Below, one piece after another: positions 5,935-14,867 of a stretch of DNA of 16,692 bases (positions are counted from its first letter, which is position 1; each line of letters starts with the position of its first letter). This DNA is from Candidatus Nanopusillus sp. (GTDB lineage Archaea > Nanobdellota > Nanobdellia > Nanobdellales > Nanobdellaceae), in the NCBI GenBank assembly GCA_028275775.1, contig JAPWTZ010000012.1:1-16692 (forward strand), in the 5' to 3' direction. Below the pieces are notes generated by a model. It searched no databases, was not told the origin of the DNA, and saw only the letters and a list, made by a program, of their open reading frames with translations. The position numbers and the translations under genes were made by a program.

Positions 5935-7617
5935 CTAATAACTTTTTCCTATATATACATAATATTTTGCATCTTTATTACAAAATATGCATTTTTTATC
6001 CTTCGCTTCTTCAGGTATAATATCAGTTCCCCTTACATCTAATGAATACTTTTCTTTAATATTCTTTGCGCATTCTTCTCTCATACAAAATGGAACTTTA
6101 AATGCTATATTTTTATCTAAATTATTTTCAAGATCTTTTAAATTATCTAATTTTAATATTTTATTTTCAAAATATTTTCTTGCCCTTTCCTTTATCTCTT
6201 TATCATATTCAACAATTAATTTATTTAGTTCATTTAATAAATTTTCTAATTTTACTTCATAATTTTTTGATTTATTATTATATTGTCTTATAGATATTGT
6301 AACTGTATTATTTTCCAATTCTTTTTTTCCAATAGATATTCTAAATGGTACTCCTAATAATTCATATTGATTAAATTTCCATCCAGGACTTTTTGTTTCA
6401 TCTTTATCAATTCTTACTCTATATTTTTCCTTTAATAAATTATATACTTTCTCACAATATTCTAATATTTTGTTCTTTTCATCTTCTGAATAATATATTG
6501 GGATAATTATTATTTGAATATTTGATATTTCAAAAGGTAATATTAAACCTTTATTATCTCCATGTATTGAAATTACTGCACTTAATGTTCTCATAGATAT
6601 TCCAAAAGATGTTTGCCAAGCAAATTTTTTATTAATTAATTTATTTTCGTTAAATTTATTTTTAATTATATCACTTATTTTATTTATTAAATCTTTATTA
6701 TCTTCAGATATTTCTCCATTAAATTCAATATTTCCTTCATATGATTTAATTAATTCATTATTATTATATAATCTTATTTTTATTTTATTCTCAATAATTT
6801 CTATTTCATATCTATAATTATTTTCATTAAATGCCTCAAATTTATTTTTATCTATTTTTATAAATGGATGCTCATCCTCGAAAATAATATTAAATGCTTT
6901 AGAGAAATTTCTTCCCAATAAATGGGTAGTTCCAATTTGTAAAAACCTTCCATCAGGTAATATAGTATCTGCAGCTAATGTATAATCCGCTCCAGCAAAT
7001 TTATCCCAATCAGGTCTTCTTACCCATATATGTGGTATTGATAAATGATCCCAAAATACTTTTGAATAAATTTCCATAGATTTTTTTATCATTCTTTCTG
7101 TATCATCCAAATCTTTATGCACAGTATGTGCTTCGTTCCATAAAATTTCTCTTCCTCTAATTAATGGTTTTGTTGCTTTTGTTTCATATCTATATACTGT
7201 ATTTGTCATATAAGTTAACAAAGGTAGATCTCTGTAAGATTTTATCCATAAAGAAAACATATAATACATTTCAGTTTCAGATGTTGGTCTTAATATATAT
7301 TTTATTTCTTTTTCTTCTTCTATTGGTTTTGATGGAGTAACATAAAATACTTCGGATTCAAAACCTTTTATATGTTCACTTTCTCTTTTAAATATATCAT
7401 ATGGAATTAATATTGGGAACCAGTATGGTTCAAATCCATTTTTTTCTAATTCATCTTCTAAAATACTTAATATTTTTCTAATTGCAAAATACCCATTTGG
7501 ATAATAAACAGGCATTCCTTTTACAGGATATCTATCATCAATAATCTTAGAAATTCTTACTATATTATTATACCATTCAGAAAAATTAGAATTCTTATCT
7601 AAATTGACTTCTTTCAT
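5935..7617 (-). CDS. proS: prolyl-tRNA synthetase, archaeal/eukaryote-like type, with an insertion
   Basis: Class II ProRS motifs are present: ILRPTSETEMYYMF, RGREILWNEAHTVH, WQTSFGISMRTLSAVISIHGDNKGLILP. There is an anticodon-binding domain and a C-terminal Cys cluster (CMREEC...CIFC). The protein ends in Tyr (GKSY), as is typical for this ProRS type. It is 560 aa because of a roughly 75-aa insert (see findings). Confidence 0.93.
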   Translation of the reverse strand: MKEVNLDKNSNFSEWYNNIVRISKIIDDRYPVKGMPVYYPNGYFAIRKILSILEDELEKNGFEPYWFPILIPYDIFKRESEHIKGFESEVFYVTPSKPIEEEKEIKYILRPTSETEMYYMFSLWIKSYRDLPLLTYMTNTVYRYETKATKPLIRGREILWNEAHTVHKDLDDTERMIKKSMEIYSKVFWDHLSIPHIWVRRPDWDKFAGADYTLAADTILPDGRFLQIGTTHLLGRNFSKAFNIIFEDEHPFIKIDKNKFEAFNENNYRYEIEIIENKIKIRLYNNNELIKSYEGNIEFNGEISEDNKDLINKISDIIKNKFNENKLINKKFAWQTSFGISMRTLSAVISIHGDNKGLILPFEISNIQIIIIPIYYSEDEKNKILEYCEKVYNLLKEKYRVRIDKDETKSPGWKFNQYELLGVPFRISIGKKELENNTVTISIRQYNNKSKNYEVKLENLLNELNKLIVEYDKEIKERARKYFENKILKLDNLKDLENNLDKNIAFKVPFCMREECAKNIKEKYSLDVRGTDIIPEEAKDKKCIFCNKDAKYYVYIGKSY

Positions 7618-7678
7618 AGTAGAAAAAGTCTAGTGATACATTTTTAAATATTATATTATTTAATATTATGTATATGAT

Positions 7679-7701
7679 CTTCTCTACCTAAGGTAGAGAA
7701 G
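7679..7701. repeat. perfect 10-bp inverted repeat with a 3-nt spacer
   Basis: CTTCTCTACC-TAA-GGTAGAGAAG. It lies between the divergent proS start (7617) and the 23S processing stem (7723). Confidence 0.6.
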
Positions 7702-7722
7702 TGAGCCTGATGATAAAGATGA

Positions 7723-10690
7723 GGGGGATGAGAGGGAATATATAGTCTCAGGAACCCGCCCGGTGGATGCCTGGGCTCGGAAGCCGAAGAAGGGCGCGGC
7801 AAGCTGCGAAAAGCCGGAGGGAGGTGCATGCAACCGTTGATCTCCGGATCCCCGAATGGGATATCCTGCTGAAAGGCATCCCGTAAGGGAGGGGAACGCG
7901 GGGAAGGGAAACATCCTAGTACCCGTAGGAATAAAAAACAAATTGTGATTTCCTGAGTAGGGGCGACCGAAAGGGAAGGAGCCTAAACCGAATCCTCTAA
8001 AGTAATTTAGAGGAGATGTGGGGTAAAGGAGCGGGAGCTTCCCGTTATTGTATTCCCAGAACTCCGGTGGAAGTCCGGGGCCGTAGAGGGTGACAGCCCC
8101 GTATGGGAATACAGTAACGGGATTTCCCGTTTCCGGAGTACCGGCGGTTGGATTTCCGTCGGGAAGTTGGGGGAAACTAGCCCCCAAGGCTAAATACTCT
8201 CCGAGTCCGATAGCGTATTAGTAGGGCGACCGAAAGGTGAAAAGAACCCTTGGTAGGGGGTGAAAAGAGCCTGAAACCGGGCGGGGATAGTCTGGTAGGG
8301 CTAGTTAAGCATCCTATCTGGGAAAATCTGGTGACAGATGAGTACCAGATAGGGTGCTAGCTAGTTCTACCGTGAGTTTTGAAGAACTTGCGGGGGAGTA
8401 TACCCGAGTGGCGAGGTTAAGGTTTATACCGGAGCCATAGGGAAACCGAAAGCCCGCAACCTGGGTTTTCCCAGGTGAGGGGCGCCGTCCCATAAGGGCG
8501 GTTTAGTCACTCGGGTATGACCGGAAACCGGGCGATCTACCCCGGGGCAGGGTGAAGCGGGTTTCCCGTGGAGGCCCGAAGAGGTGGAGCTTACTCCTCT
8601 CATGACCTTGGGGTAGAGGTGAAAAGCCACTCGGGCCCGGTTATAGCCGGTCCCCGCCGAAACTGACCCCAGCCAGGTCTCGGGTTAGGATCCCTTTGGT
8701 GTAGAGCGACGGATTCTGTACGGGTTTCCGTACAGAGTCCAACTCCGAAGCCATAGGGTCCGTAGCCCGGGAAACGGGGGTTGCGGGAAAGCCGCAACTC
8801 CGAGACGGGAACAACCGAGACCGAGGTTAAGGCCCCAAAGTGCTGGCTAAACGATGTTGAAGGAGTCTGCCCCCTAAGACATCGGGGATGTGGGCCTAAT
8901 AGTGGCCATCATCTAAGGAGTGTGTAACAACTCACCCGACGAGGGGGTAGGCTCCGAAAACGGACGGGTCTAAGCCAGCCGCCGAGACCTCGGTCCGCTG
9001 GCAAATGCCAGCGTGAGGTAGGCGGGCGTCCCGATGGCCTAGAAGGGTTCCCGAAAGGGAGCCTGGAGCCGTCGGGAATGAAGATCCCCGCGGTAGTAAG
9101 AATCAGACGGGTGAGAATCCCGTCGGCCGAAAGGGGAAAGGTTTCCCAGGCAATGAAGATCAGCCTGGGGTTAGTCGATCCTAATCCAGGCTCCGAGAGG
9201 AGTCTGGAGAAAGGGAAAGGGGTTAATATTCCCCTACCGCCCCGATAGATGCGGCAACGCAACGCCCTTTCCCGACCCGGAGGGCTAGGCGTACACGGGG
9301 GTGGGGTAAAACCCACTTACCGTGCCAAGGGGGATAGGACCGGGGAGTACCGTCATGGTGAGAACCGGTCTAAACCCTGATGGGCCCGAAAGGGTTATGC
9401 CGAGGCCTTCCAGCAATGAAAAGGGAAAGGGTGCGATTCGAGGCGATCGTACCGAAATCCAGCATAGGTCCCCTGGGTGAGAAGCCTAAGGCCGTGGGGG
9501 TCAAGCCGGTCTAGGGAACTTGGCAAATTGGTCCCGTAACTTCGGGAGAAGGGATGCCTGCGGTGTGGACCGCAGGTCGCAGTGACAAGGACGGGCGGAC
9601 TGTTTACCAAAAACATAGCTCCCAGCAAGCCCGAAAGGGTTTGTACTGGGGGTGACGTCTGCTCGGTGCCGGTATCTGAATCCCCCGTTCAAGGGGGGTA
9701 AGGACCGGTAAACGGCGGGGGTAACTCTGACCCTCTTAAGGTAGCGTAATGCCTTGCCAGTTAAATGCTGGCTCTGCGAACGACGTAACTAGCCCGCCAC
9801 TGTCCCGGGCCGGCGCCCCCTGAAAAGCTATCCTGGTGAGAAGGCCAGGGACTTCCGATGGGTAAGAAGGACCCCGTGAAGCTTAACCGCAGCCTGTTGT
9901 TGCTCTGAAGAACCTGGTGTGTAGGGTAGCGGGGAGCGATGAATTCCTGCCGCTAGGTAGGAAGGATGCGACGATGAAACACCCGCCTCCAGGTTCTTCA
10001 GGGCTAACCCGAAAGGGGACAGCGGCAGGTGGGCGGTTTGGCTGGGGCGGCACCTTGCCGAAAAGGTATCGGCAGGGTCCATAAGGTCAGCTCAGGCGGG
10101 TCAGAAATCCGCCGTAGAGGACAAGGCCAAAAGCTGGCCTGACTGTGCCCTGACCATCAAGGGGCACAGGGGGGAAACCCGGGCCTAGCGAACCCCGTAC
10201 TCTCACTAGTGGGGGTACGGGCTGGCGGAAAAGCTACTCCGGGGGTAACAGCGCCGTCGCGGGCGAGAGCCCCCATTGACCCCGCGGTTTGCGACATCGA
10301 TGTCGTCTCTCCCCATCCTGGTGGTGCAGAAGCCGCCAAGGGTGGGGGTGTCCACCCATTAAAGGGGATCGTGAGATGGGTTCAGAACGCCGCGAGGCAG
10401 TTCGGTTATAACTGTCGGAAGTGCTGGCCGCCTGAGGGGAAGGTCCGCCTAGTACGAAAGGAACGGCGGGCCGGGGCCTCTGGTATACGGGCTGTCCGTG
10501 AAGGGCATGCCCGGTAGCTACGCCCTAGGGGATAAGCCCTGAAAGCATCTAAGGGTGAAGCCCCCCTCAAAAATAGGCGGCCGTTAAGGGGTCGGATAAA
10601 AGATCCGACTCAGAGCGGCGGTGTAAGCTCCGAAAAGGAGTTCAGCCGACCGCTTGAAGTTCCCGTGAGACTATATATTCCCTCGACCCC
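7723..10690 (+). rRNA. rrl: 23S (LSU) rRNA including flanking processing-stem arms
   Basis: The plus strand carries GGUGGAUGCCUGGGC (5' domain), GCUGGGGCGG, GGGGUAACAG...AUCGAUGUCG...GGGUUCAGAACG..CAGUUCGGU (peptidyl-transferase region) and AGUACGAAAGGAAC (sarcin-ricin loop). The arm 7732-7749 (GAGGGAAUAUAUAGUCUC) pairs perfectly over 18 bp with 10667-10684. This is extended by GGGG 7724-7727 with CCCC 10687-10690, and by GGAAC 7751-7755 with GUUCC 10659-10663. The mature ends are probably near 7750 and 10665. Confidence 0.97.
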
Positions 10691-10695
10691 AAATT

Positions 10696-12189
10696 TTATT
10701 CAATATTATAATATTTCAAAACATTCTCTTTATTATAGTAATACATTTGTACAATTTTACTAAAAGTTTGAAAATCTGAAATATTTAGTTCAGATAATCT
10801 CTTTAATAATTTTACTCTTGTAATATATTCTTCATACAATTCTTTGTATCTTATTCCATAATCATTTTCAATCAATCTAAATAAATATTTTTTTGGATTT
10901 TCTAAATATTCTCTTTTAAAAGGATTCCATTTGTATGCAATATTAAATTTATTATATTTTATAATTTCATCAACTTCTTTTATTCTTCTTAGATTTGTTC
11001 CAAGAAAATTATCATGTTGCATTATTACAACGATATTTAATAATTCAATTAATGATGGAGATAAATTTATTGGAGGTGTTGTTAATCTGCTTATTAATGC
11101 CCTTGTACTTTCAGCATGCATTGTTGATAAAGAAGAATGACCAGAGGCCATTCCTTGGAACATTACATATGCTTCTTCTCCCCTTACTTCTCCAACAATT
11201 ACATAATCTGGTCTTTGTCTAAAGGACATTCTTAATAATTCAAACATATCAATTTCTCTATTTTTATCAGAAGAATATTTTACTACAGAAGGAATCCAGT
11301 TTGGATGATATAATTTTATTTCTCTTGTATCTTCAATTGAAACAATCCTAGCATTTGGTGGTATAAGCATTGATATTGCATTTAGCATTGTTGTTTTTCC
11401 AGAAGCAGTACCTCCTATTATAATTATATTTTTTCTAAATTCTACTGCTAACCATAGATATGCAAATATTTCTGGAGTTGCGCTTCCCAATCTTATTAAT
11501 TCTATTGGAGTCCATGGAATTTCCCTAAACTTTCTTATTGTAAATGTTGGACCATGTGTAGTAATTTCTTGTGAATATGTTGCATTTACTCTTGATCCAT
11601 CTGGTAATGTTGCATCTAGAATTGGTTCTGCATATGATATATGTTTTCCAGCCCTTAATGCAAATTTTTCAATCAAATCTCTAATTTCTTTATCATTTAA
11701 AATTATATTTGTCTTTAGATTTCCAAAATATCTATGAACAACAAATATTGGATAATTTGGACCAGAGCATTCAATATCTTCAATCAATGGATCTCTTAAT
11801 AAAGAATCTACTTTATTATATCCATAAAGATCCCTAAAAATATAATAAAATATTTTTTCATAAGAAGATTGTCCTAATTGTATTCCTAAATCTTTTAATA
11901 CAAAATCATATAGTCTTTGTAAATAATTTATAGCATCATTTAAATTATTAATTTCTGATAATTTAATATATAATAATTTTTCAATATAGAAAATTACATT
12001 TCTATATATTTTTTCTTCATTTTCAGTTAATTTTGGTTCTATTAATTCATAAACAAGATCATATGTATTTCTATCAAAATATATATGTGCATATGAAAAA
12101 GGTTCTACAATTGGATAAGTTATATTTGTTTCAAATTTATTCTTAGGTACATTTATTCTTATATCATTAATAAATTTAATGTCTATCAT
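10696..12189 (-). CDS. flaI: FlaI/ArlI-type (GspE/VirB11 superfamily) archaeal type IV filament assembly ATPase
   Basis: Walker A is IIGGTASGKTTMLNA. Walker B/Asp box is RPDYVIVGEVRGEEA. His box is GHSSLSTMHA. The N-terminal domain is typical of FlaI. Whether it serves an archaellum or a pilus cannot be decided from this window. Confidence 0.9.
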   Translation of the reverse strand: MIDIKFINDIRINVPKNKFETNITYPIVEPFSYAHIYFDRNTYDLVYELIEPKLTENEEKIYRNVIFYIEKLLYIKLSEINNLNDAINYLQRLYDFVLKDLGIQLGQSSYEKIFYYIFRDLYGYNKVDSLLRDPLIEDIECSGPNYPIFVVHRYFGNLKTNIILNDKEIRDLIEKFALRAGKHISYAEPILDATLPDGSRVNATYSQEITTHGPTFTIRKFREIPWTPIELIRLGSATPEIFAYLWLAVEFRKNIIIIGGTASGKTTMLNAISMLIPPNARIVSIEDTREIKLYHPNWIPSVVKYSSDKNREIDMFELLRMSFRQRPDYVIVGEVRGEEAYVMFQGMASGHSSLSTMHAESTRALISRLTTPPINLSPSLIELLNIVVIMQHDNFLGTNLRRIKEVDEIIKYNKFNIAYKWNPFKREYLENPKKYLFRLIENDYGIRYKELYEEYITRVKLLKRLSELNISDFQTFSKIVQMYYYNKENVLKYYNIE

Positions 12190-12230
12190 GATAAAAATTA
12201 ATATACTCCAGAATATATAAACTATTCATA
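12190..12230. promoter_or_regulatory. 41-bp divergent promoter region (flaI / flaJ-N)
   Basis: TTAATATA at 12198-12205 lies about 26 nt before ATG 12231. TTATATATT on the minus strand (complement of 12212-12220) lies about 23 nt before ATG 12189. There is no room for a 5' UTR on either side. Confidence 0.45.
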
Positions 12231-13610
12231 ATGATTAATAAAAATGTTCTAATAAACTTGGAAAGAGATATAGAAGAAATAGAAAGATATGTTAATAGAT
12301 TAAAAAATATTGTAAAAGAAATAAAAAGAAAGGAAGAAATGAAGAAATATTTTTATAAATTATATTTAAATGGATATTTTGATGAAAAAGAATATAAAAG
12401 AAGAATAATAATAATTGAAAAGAAAATAAAATATCTAGAAAGATCAAAATATTTAATATTATACGATTTAATTAATTTAATAAACAATAGTCAAAAAATA
12501 GTAGATTTTTTAAAGAATATAGAAGAAAAAAGTGAAGAAGAAAATAAAAATATTCAATATTATCAAATGAAGATAAATGATACAATAAATTATATTAATC
12601 AGATTTATCCAGAAATATTTAAGAAAGAAGAAATAAAAATTGGTAAGAGATTTATTGAAGCATCAAGTATACTATTTAGAAAAAAAGAAGAAAAAAAGAA
12701 AAAGACGAAAGTTAAATTAAGATTAACTGAAGAACATAAAATAAATTATTATGAAGAAATTAAAAATATTTTAATAAGATTTTCATATAAAATATTTGGT
12801 GGTTTATCTAGAAGAATTCTAAATAATAGCCCAAAACTATATTTTTATTTAAAATATTCATTAAAGGAAGCATATTATAATATAGAACCTGATGAATTAT
12901 TATCTATTGTATTTTTATTTTTATCAATTATTATTCTTATCTCAGTTTTCATTTCATTATATCTTTTAAATATCTTTTACTTAATTTATGGTTTATTAGC
13001 ATTTTTATCAATAATAGGATTAATTGTTTTATATTTTAATTATAAAAAGCAGAGTATAATAGAAGATATAAATAGGAATTTGCCATTTGCAATAATACAT
13101 ATGGCATCATTAGCAGATGCTGGAATAGAAATAAAGTATATAATAAAAATAATAAGTGAAACTGAAGAATATGGATATTTATCAAAAGAATTTAAAAAGA
13201 TATATGATAAAATAAGTTTGGGAGAAGGACTGGTAGAATCATTAAGATCTGTTGCTGATGATACATTATCAAAAGATCTAAAAGATTTTTTAGAAGAATT
13301 AATATTAACAATAACATCTGGAAGAAAAATATCAGAATTTTTAATATTATATTCTCAACAAGAAATGATTAGATATAATTCTTTTTTAAAGAAAATTAAT
13401 CAGGTAATGAAAACATTTTCAGATTTATATGTTGGGATGGTATTAACAATTCCAATGATAATAATATCAATTGGAGTAATGTTGTTATCAATATTACAAC
13501 AAACATATAATATAAATATTCAGGGAATATTAGAAATAATTACATATATAGGATTACCTGCAATTAATATTGGCTTTATAGTTCTATTTGATAAATTAAC
13601 AAAGGAATGA
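12231..13610 (+). CDS. FlaJ/ArlJ-PilC-type platform protein, first T2SSF half, with an N-terminal coiled-coil extension of about 175 aa
   Basis: Residues from about 180 onward (IRFSYKIFGGLSRRIL, TM segments, LPFAIIHMASLADAGIEI..., GEGLVESLRSVADDT...ELILTITSGRKISEFL) look like the first GspF/T2SSF repeat of FlaJ. Residues 1 to about 175 are K/E/I-rich and heptad-like. The stop overlaps the next start (ATGA). Confidence 0.75.
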   Translation: MINKNVLINLERDIEEIERYVNRLKNIVKEIKRKEEMKKYFYKLYLNGYFDEKEYKRRIIIIEKKIKYLERSKYLILYDLINLINNSQKIVDFLKNIEEKSEEENKNIQYYQMKINDTINYINQIYPEIFKKEEIKIGKRFIEASSILFRKKEEKKKKTKVKLRLTEEHKINYYEEIKNILIRFSYKIFGGLSRRILNNSPKLYFYLKYSLKEAYYNIEPDELLSIVFLFLSIIILISVFISLYLLNIFYLIYGLLAFLSIIGLIVLYFNYKKQSIIEDINRNLPFAIIHMASLADAGIEIKYIIKIISETEEYGYLSKEFKKIYDKISLGEGLVESLRSVADDTLSKDLKDFLEELILTITSGRKISEFLILYSQQEMIRYNSFLKKINQVMKTFSDLYVGMVLTIPMIIISIGVMLLSILQQTYNINIQGILEIITYIGLPAINIGFIVLFDKLTKE

Positions 13611-14431
13611 AGGAAGAAATAATTGATATATTTGTTATTATAATTTTAATATTTTTATTTTATTTCATATTTAACTTTAATATTTTAAATTCAATTGTAA
13701 CTGGAATAATTGTTGGTATATTTCCTTATTTAATTTATCAAACAATTATTAATAATATAGAAAAAGAAAAAGAAGAGCAATTTATTAGATTTTCAATTGA
13801 TTTAATTGGATTATTAAAATCTGGATTATCATTACCAATTGCATTAAAACAATTGGAAAAGAATGATTATGGAAGAATTAATGAATTAGTAAAAAATTTA
13901 TCATCAAGAATTGATTGGGGTGTTAGTATTGAGGATTCATTTACACAATTTGCAGAAGAAAGTAATAATAGAATGATAAAGAGAACAATACAATCTTTAA
14001 TTGATATATATAAAGAAGGTGGAAATCTTGAACAAGGTTTGGAAGCAATTATAAATAGTATAATGGAGATTAGAAAAATAAAAGAAGATAAAAAGGCAGC
14101 AATACATGAAAATATAATTCATTCTTATATTGTATTTGCCTTCTTCTTAGGTATAGTATTTACATTCCAAGTATTTTTATTACCATTTTTACAAATTTCA
14201 TTACCCGGACAAACTTCAAATGTTAATTTTGATTTTATTAATAATTTAATGTATTATATGTCAATAATTCAGGCAGTTTTTGCTGGATTGTCAATGGGAA
14301 AAATGTATGATGATTCATATAAAGCTGGAGCAAAATATATAGCAATATTTCTATTTATGGTTATAATATTATTTAATATTATAATCCCAATTGTTCCAAA
14401 AGGAATGTTTTTAATAAATATAAATATATAA
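13607..14431 (+). CDS. FlaJ/ArlJ-PilC-type platform protein, second T2SSF half
   Basis: An N-terminal TM is followed by FIRFSIDLIGLLKSGLSLPIALKQL...GVSIEDSFTQFAEES...IQSLIDIYKEGGNLEQGLE and C-terminal TM helices. Together these form a second GspF-like repeat. Confidence 0.75.
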   Translation: MKEEIIDIFVIIILIFLFYFIFNFNILNSIVTGIIVGIFPYLIYQTIINNIEKEKEEQFIRFSIDLIGLLKSGLSLPIALKQLEKNDYGRINELVKNLSSRIDWGVSIEDSFTQFAEESNNRMIKRTIQSLIDIYKEGGNLEQGLEAIINSIMEIRKIKEDKKAAIHENIIHSYIVFAFFLGIVFTFQVFLLPFLQISLPGQTSNVNFDFINNLMYYMSIIQAVFAGLSMGKMYDDSYKAGAKYIAIFLFMVIILFNIIIPIVPKGMFLININI

Positions 14432-14433
14432 AA

Positions 14434-14844
14434 TTATTTCTTTGCTTTCATAAACTTAGAAGATTTAGATGCTCCAATACCTGGTGCTGAATGCTGAACT
14501 TTCTTTGTTGTATGTACAAATTCTCCCAATCTTCTTCCAATCATTTCAGGTTTTATTTCAAATTCAACAAATTCTTTTCCATTATATACTCCAACTCTTG
14601 CACCAACAATTGAAGGTAATATAACAATTTCCCTTGCATGTGTTTTTACTGTTTTATTATATTTTCCTTGTAATTGTAAATAGCATTTTCTATAGAAGTT
14701 TTCCCATTCTGGTGGAAATCCAATTTTTAATCTTCTTAATAATGTTCTTCTTATCCTACTATCTGCAACTTTTTTAGCAAATTCTTCAATACTCATACTT
14801 TTTAATTGATCCAATGTATATCCTCTAATCATGAATTCTGGCAT
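14434..14844 (-). CDS. rps19: 30S ribosomal protein uS19
   Basis: GARVGVYNGKEFVEFEIKPEMIGRRLGEFVHTTKKVQHSAPGIGASKSS matches the archaeal/eukaryotic uS19 core (NGK.F..VEI.PEMIG..LGEF..T.K.V.H..PG.GA..SS). Confidence 0.9.
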   Translation of the reverse strand: MPEFMIRGYTLDQLKSMSIEEFAKKVADSRIRRTLLRRLKIGFPPEWENFYRKCYLQLQGKYNKTVKTHAREIVILPSIVGARVGVYNGKEFVEFEIKPEMIGRRLGEFVHTTKKVQHSAPGIGASKSSKFMKAKK

Positions 14845-14867
14845 TATTTATATTTAATGTATAATTT

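Noticed and set aside
6622-6870. The ProRS insertion as an intein.
   Set aside because: It is only about 75 aa. It has no Cys/Ser/Thr at the N-terminal junction, no His-Asn at the C-terminal junction and no endonuclease motifs.
7707-7715. CUGAUGA in the 23S leader as box C/D of a C/D sRNA.
   Set aside because: I found no matching second box (CUGA or RUGAUGA) at a distance of 40-70 nt on either side, and no terminal stem.
7684-10517. Nine ORFs in the track lie inside the G+C-rich block: 7684-8187, 8424-8630, 8600-8797, 8909-9316, 9395-9628, 9501-9692, 9828-10082, 10157-10339 and 10209-10517.
   Set aside because: They lie entirely within the 23S rRNA gene. Their P/G/R-rich translations are the usual artefact of open frames in G+C-rich rRNA, and most are antisense to the rRNA.
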